Below, one piece after another: positions 34,037 to 43,222 of a DNA stretch of 64,000 nt (the stretch's first letter is position 1; every line of letters starts with the position of its first letter). The position numbers and the translations under genes are program-made. The DNA is from Actinomycetota bacterium (GTDB lineage: Bacteria > Actinomycetota > UBA4738 > HRBIN12): positions 86,049-150,048 of the forward strand of contig DASUQI010000020.1 in the NCBI GenBank assembly GCA_036280655.1, given 5' to 3'. Under the pieces are notes generated by a model that made no database searches, was not told where the DNA came from, and was given only the letters and a program-made list of their open reading frames with translations.

Positions 34037-34243
34037 TCACGCCGCCTTCGGCAGATGCGTGTGGACGACCCCCGGCTCCTCCACATCCCGGCGGACCGGT
34101 CGACTGCGCACGTAAACCCAAACCGTCACGACCAGGATCGCGGCCAGCACGATCGCCGCCACGACTCCCGCCCAGACTGAGCCGTCCGTCGCCGTCCCGG
34201 GTGTGATCGGCGGTGTGACCGGCGGGATCCCGATGCCTGTCAT
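34037..34243 (-). CDS. Possible small membrane protein (68 aa, Pro/Thr-rich N-terminus plus a TM).
   Basis: It is an ORF only, with a short TM helix. Support is low. Confidence 0.25.
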   Translation of the reverse strand: MTGIGIPPVTPPITPGTATDGSVWAGVVAAIVLAAILVVTVWVYVRSRPVRRDVEEPGVVHTHLPKAA

Positions 34244-34435
34244 GGGACGTCACCTCCTGCCCACCAGCATGGGTGCCCGTCGCAGGGGGCGCCCACGGTC
34301 GAACGGCCCGCGCTCTTGATGACGGTCAGATACACCAGCGCGTTCCACCCCGTTATCGACACCACGTCGACCACGGGTTGGAGCCGATGCAAGGGATCCG
34401 CTGGACCGGTCCCGGGGCGCGATCGACCGCCGCCG

Positions 34436-34957
34436 TCACGAGCTGAGTGCGTTCGACGCGGCCACGGGTGAGGCGCCTTCTCGCAGGGCCTCGGCGGTGC
34501 GGACCCGGACGCACCGCGTGACGCTGAATCGACGCAGGTTCCGGAGCTCCTTGTCCCCGAAGTACCTCTCGACCGCGTCCGTGGGAACGAGCTCAGGCCG
34601 GTCGACTTCGAGCGTCTCCCCCTCGTGCACGATCGTCGCGCATCCGTCCGCGAGGACGTTCTTCAGCCAATCGGTGTTCGGCCCGTAGACGGTGGCGATC
34701 ACGAACCCGTCCTCGGTGAGCCGCGCCGCGACCGGCGTCTCGTACGTCCTCCCCGACACGCGACCCCTGTGACGGATCACGGAGGCGTATGAGCCGGGTG
34801 TGCCGGCGGACCGCATCTGGAACGGGTTCCCGATGCCCCGAGCGAACCGGCGAACCGCGTTCAGCACCCATGGGGTCTTCCTCGGCATCCCGATCCTGAA
34901 CACGACGATCATGAGAACGAGGAGCAGGGCCCCAGTCACGACGACGATCGGTGCCAC
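34436..34957 (-). CDS. Deazaflavin (F420)-dependent nitroreductase family protein (DUF385/PNPOx-like) with an N-terminal TM.
   Basis: The roughly 150-aa core ...GNPFQMRSAGTPGSYASVIRHRGRVSGRTYETPVAARLTEDGFVIATVYG... matches the Ddn-like family pattern. Confidence 0.7.
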   Translation of the reverse strand: MAPIVVVTGALLLVLMIVVFRIGMPRKTPWVLNAVRRFARGIGNPFQMRSAGTPGSYASVIRHRGRVSGRTYETPVAARLTEDGFVIATVYGPNTDWLKNVLADGCATIVHEGETLEVDRPELVPTDAVERYFGDKELRNLRRFSVTRCVRVRTAEALREGASPVAASNALSS

Positions 34958-35094
34958 GGGTTCTCACCCCCTCTTCGAGTTATGGACCTGCCAACAGCCT
35001 CGCTTCGCCGCAGCGGATCGCCCAAGGTCGAACGGCCCTGTGCGCCCGTTACGAGTTGAGCTCGGTGGGGCGCCCGCACCCTCCGCCCGCAACG

Positions 35095-35703
35095 CTAGGT
35101 CCGGATGGTGACCTTGCTGGCTCCAGCGCCGATCTCGACGTCGAACCGACCGGCGCGCCGGTCGTAGTCCGGGCTCCGCCAGTCGGTCTTCCCGCCCGCG
35201 GACCCGAGCCGGAAGTCGTCGACGGCCAGGTCGGACACACCGCCCCCGACGTGGACCCGAACGGGAACGCCCGCCGGCCGCATCAGCTCGACCTCGCTCG
35301 CTCCGCCCCCGATCCGAACGCCGATGGTCTCCCTCGGGCGAGGCAGCCTCACCTCTACGTGGGAACTGCCTCCGGAGATCTCCAGACCCCGGAGCTCCAA
35401 GTTGCCGAAGTCCGCCACGACGTGCGACATCCCCCAACGGGCCTGGATGTACCACGGGACCCGTCCGGAGAGCGTGATCTCGCCGTGGACGGGGCGGAGG
35501 CTGGGCCGGTATCTCACGGTCACGATCCCGCCGTCGACCCCGATGTCGGGCACCTTCCCATCGAACCGGGCGCGGAAGAGGTGCTCCATCGAATCGTCCA
35601 CCCGGAGGGTGAGGTGGGATACGCCTCGCGTGAAGACGAGGTGTCCGAGGTCCACCGAACCCAGCGGGAGGGCCACCTCCTGCGCAGTTCGGGTTGCAGT
35701 CAT
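35095..35703 (-). CDS. Hypothetical protein with DUF4097/adhesin-like beta-strand repeats.
   Basis: A GAGGAG RBS precedes ATG 35703. Repetitive (V/I)xVxxGGGxSxVEV segments are present. Confidence 0.55.
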   Translation of the reverse strand: MTATRTAQEVALPLGSVDLGHLVFTRGVSHLTLRVDDSMEHLFRARFDGKVPDIGVDGGIVTVRYRPSLRPVHGEITLSGRVPWYIQARWGMSHVVADFGNLELRGLEISGGSSHVEVRLPRPRETIGVRIGGGASEVELMRPAGVPVRVHVGGGVSDLAVDDFRLGSAGGKTDWRSPDYDRRAGRFDVEIGAGASKVTIRT

Positions 35704-36001
35704 CGCGTTCTCAGCTCCTCTCACGTCTCGATCGCGAGCCTCGATCCCACGCTACGCACGCCGACCAGCCACCTCCAGGGCCGAAGGTCCTCCCGTACGA
35801 CAGCGCGTCAGCATCAATCCGCATGGCCGGGCAGCGAGTGGAGACCGGTCATCGGGAGCGACGTCCCGCCCGTCGAGGCTTCCTTGGCGTTTTGCGCCGG
35901 GAAGGGAGGGTCCTGATGGCCCCCGAACGACGGGCCCGGTGACCGCTGCCACGCCGTGGGAAGGCGGTTAGACGTGTCGATGGTCGACGAAGGAAACCGA
36001 G

Positions 36002-37249
36002 ATGGCTCCACTGAAGATCTTGCTGATCGGGTACAGCGGCGCGAACAACACCGGCGCCGAGGCCCTCTTGCAGGCCGACATCGAGGACCTTCGAGCCGTG
36101 TTCGGCGAGGAGGCCCTGCTCACCATCCCGGCGCTCAAGGATCCGGCGAACCTGCGCCGGTATCTGCACGAAGGACCGGCACTCCGCATCGTATCGATGC
36201 CGTCGGTCTTCCCGGTCGCGACCCGGCGCCTGGTCCGTGAGCACGACCTCGTGGTCCTGGTCGAAGGCAGCGCCTACATGGACACATGGACGTCCGCATT
36301 GCTCTGGTACTTCCTCTGGGCCACGCGCTGTGCGTACCGGGAGGGCAAGCCGTGCCTCGCGTACGCGGTGGACGCCGGCCAGCTCCGGCCTCGCAATCAA
36401 CGCCTGGTCCGGCGCTGGGCGAGTACGACGGATCTGATCGTCACCCGGTCCCGAGCGGCCGCCGAGCGTCTCCGCGGGTGGGGGGTCACGGCGCCGATCG
36501 AGTGGAGCGCCGACAACGCCTTCAACTTCGACCCGCGTCCCGAGGACGAGGAGTGGGCCCACGCGATCTGGCCCGGCGACCCCCGGCCGCCGATCGGGAT
36601 CGCGGCGGTCGACTTCTTCCGGTGGCCCGTCGTGATCCGGCCGTGGGGGCGCTCGGAGGATCGCTATCGCTGGCCGTACTTCTTCTCGACCTCTCCGGCG
36701 CGCCGACGCCGGAGCACCGACCTCGCCGCGAGCTACGCCTGCCTCGCGGATCGCGTGATCGAGCGCCACGACCGGTCGGTCGCACTCGTGTGCATGGAGG
36801 AGCTCGACGAGCCTGTCGCGAGGGCGATCCACCACGAGATGGAGCACCCGGAACGGGCGAAGGTCTTCTCGTCCCGTGAGCAGGACGCGTCGAGGATGAC
36901 GGCGCTCCTGCAAAGCCTCGGCGTGCTCGTGACATCCCGGTACCACGCGTCGGTCCTGTCGCTCGCCGCCGGCGTGCCGCAGGTCGCCGTCGGACACGAT
37001 CTCCGCCTCCGCACCTTGTACGAGGAACTGGGGCTCGAGCCGACGCACTTCTTCGCTCCCGACGACGACCCGGCGGTCTTCGCCCGCGTCGCCGAGACCG
37101 TTGAGGCGCTGTTGTTGGATCCGGGCGGCGTGCGCGATGCGCTCCATGCCGGCTACGAGGCGCACGTCTCGGCAGCTCGCCGGAACCGGGAGCTCTTGCG
37201 CGGCTTCGCCGCCGCACATGGGTGGGGTGTGCCCGCATGGGCGACGTAG
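36002..37249 (+). CDS. Polysaccharide pyruvyl transferase family protein (CsaB/WcaK-like).
   Basis: The 415-aa protein begins KILLIGYSGANNTGAEALL... and the C-terminal half ...VTSRYHASVLSLAAGVPQVAV... matches the pyruvyl transferase fold. A GAAGGAAACCGAG RBS is present. Confidence 0.8.
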   Translation: MAPLKILLIGYSGANNTGAEALLQADIEDLRAVFGEEALLTIPALKDPANLRRYLHEGPALRIVSMPSVFPVATRRLVREHDLVVLVEGSAYMDTWTSALLWYFLWATRCAYREGKPCLAYAVDAGQLRPRNQRLVRRWASTTDLIVTRSRAAAERLRGWGVTAPIEWSADNAFNFDPRPEDEEWAHAIWPGDPRPPIGIAAVDFFRWPVVIRPWGRSEDRYRWPYFFSTSPARRRRSTDLAASYACLADRVIERHDRSVALVCMEELDEPVARAIHHEMEHPERAKVFSSREQDASRMTALLQSLGVLVTSRYHASVLSLAAGVPQVAVGHDLRLRTLYEELGLEPTHFFAPDDDPAVFARVAETVEALLLDPGGVRDALHAGYEAHVSAARRNRELLRGFAAAHGWGVPAWAT

Positions 37250-39960
37250 TCCTGCTCACCGGCGGAACCGGATTCCTCGGCACGGAGGTAGCGGCACGGC
37301 TCTTGCGCCGCGCCGATCTCGAGATCGTCGCGCTCGTCCTCGCGAGCAGCGACGACGACGCCGTCCACCTCTCGAGACGTGCCTGGTGGCACCGGCCTGA
37401 ACTGCGCGAGGCGCTCGGCACCCGTATCCATGCCGTGGCCGGCGACGTCGCGGAGCCCCATCTCGGCCTCGATCCTGCCCGGCATGGGGATCTGCTGGAT
37501 CGAGTCACCCAGATCGTGCACACGGCCGCCGACCTGCGGGCCGACGCGTCCGTCCAGGAACTTCGCGCCACGAACGTGGACGGCGTGGCCAACGTCTTGG
37601 AGTTCGCGCGGTCCGCCGAGGGGATCGAGAGAGTGGTGCACGTGTCCACCGCGTACGTAGCGGGCCGTCGACGAGGCTCCGTGAGCGAGGACGATCTGAC
37701 CGGCGAGTTCGGGTTCGCGACCGCGTACGAGCAGACGAAGTACGAGGCGGAGCGGCTGGTCCGCGAAGCGGCGTCCCAGCTGCCGATCTCGATCGTCCGC
37801 CCCTCCATGATCGTCGGCGACTCTCGGACCGGCGTCATCAAGACGTTCAACACCTTCTACGTGCCACTCCGGCTCTTCCTTTCCGGCAGACTGCGGATCG
37901 TTCCGGCGCGTCGCAGCCTCCGCGTCAACATCGTGCCGGTCGACTACGTCGCCGACGCGATCGTCCGACTGATGTTCGATCCCGCAGGCGCCGGGCTGAC
38001 GTTCCATCTGACCACTCCGACGGACGAGCTCCCCACCGCCGGGGAGGTCATCGCCTTCGCACGCCGGTGGGCGCGGGATCGGCTCGACGTCCGGCTCCCG
38101 TCGCCGCTGTTCCTCCCCGTCGGTTCCCGAGCGTGGGGACGCATCGGCCGCGTGCTCGCTCCGTACTTCAGGGAGCGGCGTCGGTTCCGCCGGGACCACA
38201 CGGACGAGGTGCTCGGTCCGACGGTGCCGGATTGGCACGACTACCTCCCGATCCTTCTGGATCAGGCGACTGCCCACGGATTCCTCCATCGGTCCGACCG
38301 CACCGTCCACGAGCAGGCAGCGTTCCGGATGGCCAGCCGGCATCTCCCCGTCAGCTTCGTCGACGTCGACGAAGACGGTGCCAAGAAGCGTCGGTCGGCG
38401 GCCGTGCTACGCGGCGAGATCACCAGCGCGACCGCGGCGCTCCGCGCGATGGGCGTGGGGTACGGGTCAAGGGTCGCGATCGTCGGGTCGAACAGCACGC
38501 GGTACCTGGTCGCGGATATCGCGATCGGACTATCCGGCGGTGTCAGCGTCCCGCTGTATTCGACGGCGCCGCCCGACGACCTCGCCGACGTCTTGCGGCG
38601 AAGTCGCGCGGAACTCCTGTTCGTCGGCACGAACGCCGTGATGAACCGCATCGACGAGCTCTCGACGACGGTGCCGATCATCTCCTTCTGTACGGACCAA
38701 CCTTCTGCCCACCGCGACGTGGTCAGCTGGACCTCGTTCCTCGCGAAGGGCGAGCACGCCGAGCTTCCTGCGTTCTCGCCGGTCGGTCCGGACGATCTGG
38801 CCACCATCCGGTACACGTCGGGCACCACCGGACCGCCCAAGGGCGTGGCGTTCACGCACGCCCAACTTCGGTGGATGGCCGAGACGATCGCATCGCTGAT
38901 CCCCTGGAGCGCCCGAGTTCGACCGGCCCGATACCTGTCCTTCCTGCCGATGAGCCACGTGGTCGAAGGCATCTTGGGCGCGTACAGCCCGTACGACCTT
39001 CCCGCTCCGGTCGAGATCACGTTCCTCGGGGACCTTCGGCGTGTGGCCGCGACACTTCCCGCCGTGCGCCCGACCGTCTTCTTCTCTGTGCCTCGGCTAT
39101 ACCAGAAGGTGTGGGAGGGTCTCGGTCGAAGCCGGATCGGCGCCCGCTACCAGCGCATGTCGGAAGGCCGCCTTCGCCGGCTCCTCCGGCCGGTCGTGCG
39201 TCGCCGGTTGCTTCGCCGTACGGGCCTCGACGCATGCGTGCAGCTGATGGTGGGCTCGGCTCCGGTCGATGAAGAGCTCCTGCGATCCTTCCGTGAGCTC
39301 GGAGTGGAGATCCACGACGCGTACGGGCTGACCGAGGCCCCGCTCGTGGCGCTGAACCGCCTCGGCCGGAACCGTATCGGGACCGTGGGTGAGCTCCTTC
39401 CCGAAACGCAGATCCGTGTGGCGGATGACGGAGAGGTTCTGGTCCGAGGGCCGCAAGTCATGGTGGGGTACGTCGAGGAGGATCATCAGCCATTCCGAGG
39501 CGGCTGGCTCTCGACCGGCGACCTCGGCCACGTCGACGAAGGCTGGCTCGTCATCGACGGTCGCAAGAAGGACCTGCTGAAGACCGCGTACGGGAAGTAC
39601 GTCCAGGCGTCGAAGATCGAGATGCTGCTTCGCCGGATCCCCCTGGTCGCGGACGCGATGGTCGTTGGCGAGGGCAGGCCCTTCTGCACGGCGCTGTTGT
39701 GGACGGACGACATCGGGGGCACGGCAGCGATCGATCGTGCCGTGCTCGAGGTGAACCGTCGACTGTCACACCCCGAACAGGTGAAGCGGTGGGCCGTGCT
39801 TCGAAACGACCTGTCGATCGAACGTGGCGAGCTCACCGCCAACCTCAAGCTCAAGCGCCATCGACTGGAAGCGAGGTTCCGCGGCGCGATCGAGTCCCTG
39901 TACGAAGGGCATCCGGCCGCTCCGATCAAGGCCGTCGACCGGGAGGAGGTACGCACGTGA
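37237..39960 (+). CDS. Fusion protein with an N-terminal NAD(P)-dependent thioester-reductase/epimerase-type SDR domain (VLLTGGTGFLG...Y...K) and a C-terminal AMP-dependent synthetase/ligase domain (YTSGTTGPPKG...). The R-A order has no carrier domain.
   Basis: The two domains are contiguous in one 908-aa ORF. The start overlaps the pyruvyl transferase 3' end. Confidence 0.8.
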   Translation: MGDVVLLTGGTGFLGTEVAARLLRRADLEIVALVLASSDDDAVHLSRRAWWHRPELREALGTRIHAVAGDVAEPHLGLDPARHGDLLDRVTQIVHTAADLRADASVQELRATNVDGVANVLEFARSAEGIERVVHVSTAYVAGRRRGSVSEDDLTGEFGFATAYEQTKYEAERLVREAASQLPISIVRPSMIVGDSRTGVIKTFNTFYVPLRLFLSGRLRIVPARRSLRVNIVPVDYVADAIVRLMFDPAGAGLTFHLTTPTDELPTAGEVIAFARRWARDRLDVRLPSPLFLPVGSRAWGRIGRVLAPYFRERRRFRRDHTDEVLGPTVPDWHDYLPILLDQATAHGFLHRSDRTVHEQAAFRMASRHLPVSFVDVDEDGAKKRRSAAVLRGEITSATAALRAMGVGYGSRVAIVGSNSTRYLVADIAIGLSGGVSVPLYSTAPPDDLADVLRRSRAELLFVGTNAVMNRIDELSTTVPIISFCTDQPSAHRDVVSWTSFLAKGEHAELPAFSPVGPDDLATIRYTSGTTGPPKGVAFTHAQLRWMAETIASLIPWSARVRPARYLSFLPMSHVVEGILGAYSPYDLPAPVEITFLGDLRRVAATLPAVRPTVFFSVPRLYQKVWEGLGRSRIGARYQRMSEGRLRRLLRPVVRRRLLRRTGLDACVQLMVGSAPVDEELLRSFRELGVEIHDAYGLTEAPLVALNRLGRNRIGTVGELLPETQIRVADDGEVLVRGPQVMVGYVEEDHQPFRGGWLSTGDLGHVDEGWLVIDGRKKDLLKTAYGKYVQASKIEMLLRRIPLVADAMVVGEGRPFCTALLWTDDIGGTAAIDRAVLEVNRRLSHPEQVKRWAVLRNDLSIERGELTANLKLKRHRLEARFRGAIESLYEGHPAAPIKAVDREEVRT

Positions 39961-40508
39961 GTCTCCGACTGCGTGCCCTCGAGCTCCACGTCCCCAGGTG
40001 GGTGGCCCGGTCGGCCATCCGACGTCTCTTCGAAGCGACCGGGTCCGCGTTCGGTTCCGATCCCATCTGCACGGACGGCTCGGACCACATCGCCCTCCTG
40101 GAACGTTATGCGGCGTTCAGCGCCACGTCGGCGGAACGGGCCCTCGCCGATCGCACCGATCTCGACGACCTCTCCCGTCGCATGTGGAACAACGCCTACG
40201 CGCTCGGGGAGTCACTCCGCCGTCGACTCGGCGTCCGCAGTCGCGAGGACGCGCTGCGAGCGGCGAGGATCGCATACCGGATGATCGGCATCGATGTCCG
40301 AGCGGACCCACGCGGCGACATGGTCGTCGATCGATGCTCCTTCGCCGAGCGGTACTCGCCGCAGGTGTGTCGGGTCATGTCCTCACTCGATGCCGGCATG
40401 GTCGCGGGGCTCACGGGCGGGGGGCGGTTGACATTCTCCGAGCGGATCACCGAGGGGCGGCCTCGCTGCCTGGCTCGGATCGCATGGGAGGGGGCGCCCG
40501 GACCATGA
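39957..40508 (+). CDS. Hypothetical protein (about 183 aa) translationally coupled by GTGA to the upstream fusion gene and by ATGA to the downstream GMC oxidoreductase.
   Basis: GTG 39957 overlaps the TGA 39958-39960. GC3 is high. No family was recognised. Confidence 0.5.
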   Translation: MSLRLRALELHVPRWVARSAIRRLFEATGSAFGSDPICTDGSDHIALLERYAAFSATSAERALADRTDLDDLSRRMWNNAYALGESLRRRLGVRSREDALRAARIAYRMIGIDVRADPRGDMVVDRCSFAERYSPQVCRVMSSLDAGMVAGLTGGGRLTFSERITEGRPRCLARIAWEGAPGP

Positions 40509-41818
40509 AGCGACGCGCGATCGTCGTGGGCAGTGGGGCCGGCGGGGCCACGGTCGCCAAGGAGCTGCAGGGCGACTTCGACGTCACCGTGCTCGAGGCG
40601 GGTAAGGACTTCCGACGCGCCAAGCTGGAGCGAGGATCGATCGAACGATTGCGCCGAAGCCGAGCGCTCGTGGACCCGCGATCGGTGCGCCTCGTCTATC
40701 CGCCGATCCGCATCCGCCGGACACCGGACATGCTCCTCGTGAACGGCATCGGCACGGGGGGCACGACGACGATGGCGACCGGGAACGGCGTCCGGATGGA
40801 CGAGGGCATCCGCGCGCTCGGCCTCGATCTCGACCGTGAATTCGAGGCGATCGGCCGCGAGATCCCGACCAGCACCGCGCACCGGCAACGATGGCACCCG
40901 ACGACGCGACGCCTGTTCCGTGCGTTCGACGACCTCGGCCTTGGACCGACCGTGATGCCGAAGATGGGCGACGCCCCCCACTGCCGGCACTGCGGCCGGT
41001 GCATGCTCGGTTGTCCGTACGGTCGGAAATGGGACAGCCGCCAGTTCCTCGACGAGGCCGTTGGGCACGGCGCTCGCCTGGTGACCGGGTGCCGCGTGAG
41101 CGAGGTCGTGATCGACGGCGGTCTGGCGAGGGGTGTCGTCGCGCGAAGGAAGGCGCTGGATCGGTTCGTCCCAGCCGACCTCGTCGTGCTCGCCGCCGGG
41201 GGGTTCGGGACGCCGGCCATCCTCGAGCGGTCGGGGATCGCATGCGAACCGAGGCTCTTCGTCGATCCCGTCCTCACCGTTGCGGCACCGGTTCCGGACG
41301 CCTGGCAGTGCAACGAGATCGAGATGCCCTTCGTCGTGCAGCGCGAGGGGTACATCCTGGCTCCGTACTTCGACTGGATCAGCAGCCTGTTCCATCCGCG
41401 GTGGCGGTACCGTTTGCAGGACATCGTGGGCATCATGATCAAGCTCGCGGACGAGAATGTCGGGTTCGTGTCGGGCCGCAAGGTGCACAAGCTGCTCACG
41501 CCGGCCGACCGTTCGCGCTTGGACGAAGCGGTTGGTCTCGCCACCGAGATCCTCGGGTCCTTCGGCGCCGATCCCGAGCACGTGTTCCCTGGGATCGTGC
41601 ACGCCGGTCACCCCGGCGGCATGTTGCCGCTCACCGAGGCGTCCGCCGCAACGCTTCACGACGCCCGGCTGCCCGAGAACCTCTTCGTTGCGGACGCGAC
41701 CCTCTTCCCGAGGTCGCTGGGCAACCCACCGATCCTCACGATCATCGCGCTGGCGAAGCGCGTCGCCCGGATCTGCGCCGATGGATCCGCCCATTTAGGA
41801 GTGGTTGGGCGTGCTTGA
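40505..41818 (+). CDS. GMC-family FAD-dependent oxidoreductase (short, about 437 aa).
   Basis: An N-terminal GSGAGG FAD motif (AIVVGSGAGGATVAKEL) and a C-terminal GMC motif (HAGHPGGM...ADATLFP...) are present. Confidence 0.75.
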   Translation: MKRRAIVVGSGAGGATVAKELQGDFDVTVLEAGKDFRRAKLERGSIERLRRSRALVDPRSVRLVYPPIRIRRTPDMLLVNGIGTGGTTTMATGNGVRMDEGIRALGLDLDREFEAIGREIPTSTAHRQRWHPTTRRLFRAFDDLGLGPTVMPKMGDAPHCRHCGRCMLGCPYGRKWDSRQFLDEAVGHGARLVTGCRVSEVVIDGGLARGVVARRKALDRFVPADLVVLAAGGFGTPAILERSGIACEPRLFVDPVLTVAAPVPDAWQCNEIEMPFVVQREGYILAPYFDWISSLFHPRWRYRLQDIVGIMIKLADENVGFVSGRKVHKLLTPADRSRLDEAVGLATEILGSFGADPEHVFPGIVHAGHPGGMLPLTEASAATLHDARLPENLFVADATLFPRSLGNPPILTIIALAKRVARICADGSAHLGVVGRA

Positions 41819-41952
41819 CACGGTTGAACCGGTCGGGGAACGGGGGCCGGTGCGCGGCTGCCTCCATCGCCAGTTCCGCTGTGGCGTTCCCGTAGGTCGG
41901 ACCCCCGCTTGGTGGGAATACGGTCTGAGGACGGTCGAGGGGAGGAAGGACG

Positions 41953-42141
41953 ATGACGAAAGGCAGCACGGGCGCCGCAGCAGGTGGTGGCGCCCTCTAC
42001 GGTCTTGGGATCTTCGGCGCACTGTTCTACTACTGGCAGCAGGCCGATTCGTTCTGGGAGTACGTCTGGGCGGTCTTCCCGAAGGCGATCTTCTGGCCGG
42101 CGTACATGGTCTACGAGGGGTTCAGGGCACTCGGGGCGTAA
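41953..42141 (+). CDS. Small hydrophobic protein (62 aa, aromatic-rich).
   Basis: A GGAGGAAGGA RBS precedes ATG 41953. It is the last gene of the + strand cluster before a convergent terminator. Confidence 0.45.
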   Translation: MTKGSTGAAAGGGALYGLGIFGALFYYWQQADSFWEYVWAVFPKAIFWPAYMVYEGFRALGA

Positions 42142-42190
42142 GACGGACCTCCGCCCGAGCCTCGCACTGCGACAGTGCGCCTCCCCGTGA

Positions 42191-42223
42191 CGGCGGAGGC
42201 CCCGCGCCGCGGGGCCTCCGCCG
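42191..42223. terminator. Bidirectional terminator-like perfect hairpin (CGGCGGAGGCCCCGCG-C-CGCGGGGCCTCCGCCG) between convergent genes.
   Basis: A 16-bp perfect inverted repeat lies between the + gene ending at 42141 and the - gene ending at 42233. Confidence 0.5.
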
Positions 42224-42232
42224 GAACGGCTC

Positions 42233-42739
42233 CTATCCTTCGTCCATCGGCTGCCCGGTCTCGAGCAACGTCTTCAGGTCACTGAGGACGAGTGCCCAAC
42301 CGCCGCCACCCTCGTAGATGTGCGCGACGCTCGCGACGGCCGCCGCGGTCTTCGGCGCGTTCTCCAGCTCGTGCGTCAGCGTGAGCCTCGTGAGCCCGCC
42401 GTCGTCCTCCTCGATGTCCCAGATGAGGCGCGTGGCTCCCTCGCCCGCGAGCTCGGGGTCGAAGAGGAACCGCCAGGTCTGCACGAGCCTGCGGGGCGGG
42501 TCCGCCTCCAGCACCTCGCCGTCGGCGAGCGCCTCGGGCATCCCCATCGCCTGCTCCTTCGGCCCGGCGATCGCCCGGAAGCTCCCGCCGGGGCGCAGGT
42601 CGTACTCCATGCGCCCTGGGTAGCCGAACCTCGCGTTCCACGCAGGGTCGGTGATCGCATCCCAGACCACCTGCGGCGTCGCCTTGATGTAGACGCGGTA
42701 GACCTGCGTCGTCACGGCGGTTCCCGTATCCGTCGTCAT
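42233..42739 (-). CDS. SRPBCC/AHSA1 (activator of Hsp90 ATPase homolog)-like protein.
   Basis: The roughly 168-aa protein begins ...YRVYIKATPQVVWDAITDP..., typical for AHSA1-like proteins paired with ArsR regulators. Confidence 0.7.
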   Translation of the reverse strand: MTTDTGTAVTTQVYRVYIKATPQVVWDAITDPAWNARFGYPGRMEYDLRPGGSFRAIAGPKEQAMGMPEALADGEVLEADPPRRLVQTWRFLFDPELAGEGATRLIWDIEEDDGGLTRLTLTHELENAPKTAAAVASVAHIYEGGGGWALVLSDLKTLLETGQPMDEG

Positions 42740-43092
42740 GCCATCTCCTCCTCCAGCTCGGTCTTCAACTCCGCGAGCGCCGAGACCTGACGCTCGCGGT
42801 ACTTGTCGATCCACCGGTCGTGGATCAACCGGATGGGCACGGGGTTCAGGAAATGCAGCTTCTGCCGGCCCGACCGGCGGGTGACGACGAGCCCGGCGTC
42901 CTCGAGGACCCGCAGGTGCTTCATGACGCCGAACCGCGTCATCTCCAGCTCGGACTCGAGCTCCGAGAGCGTGCGGCCGTCACGCACGAAGAGCCGGTCG
43001 AGGAGGAAGCGGCGCGTCGGGTCCGCGAGGGCCTTGAATACCCGGTCGTCGTCCACGGCTCGAGGATAGGTGACCAAAGAGTCACATGTCAA
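42736..43092 (-). CDS. ArsR/SmtB family transcriptional regulator.
   Basis: The HTH motif FKALADPTRRFLLDRL...LSELE..L.MTRFGVMKHLRVLEDAGLV is present. It overlaps the downstream gene as ATGA. Confidence 0.8.
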   Translation of the reverse strand: MTCDSLVTYPRAVDDDRVFKALADPTRRFLLDRLFVRDGRTLSELESELEMTRFGVMKHLRVLEDAGLVVTRRSGRQKLHFLNPVPIRLIHDRWIDKYRERQVSALAELKTELEEEMA

Positions 43093-43222
43093 GCCTCAGG
43101 ACGTGCCTGTTCGGGTTCAAGGATCCGGCCCCAGGCGCCGAAGCAGAGGGGGTATCGGGACTGCTTCGCCGCGCGGTCGGCCTCGGCCGTGCGCGAGCCG
43201 AGAAGCGAGCGGGGGTCGGGAC

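Noticed and set aside
34244-34435. Lower-GC noncoding stretch considered as a possible tRNA or ncRNA.
   Set aside because: No acceptor-stem / T-loop (GTTCRANYC) architecture or other recognisable RNA-family signature could be identified by eye. Left unannotated.
39699-39956. N-terminal extension of ORF 39699..40508 overlapping the ligase domain.
   Set aside because: The upstream part is shadow-frame of the R-A fusion gene. The real gene is taken to start at GTG 39957 coupled to the upstream stop.
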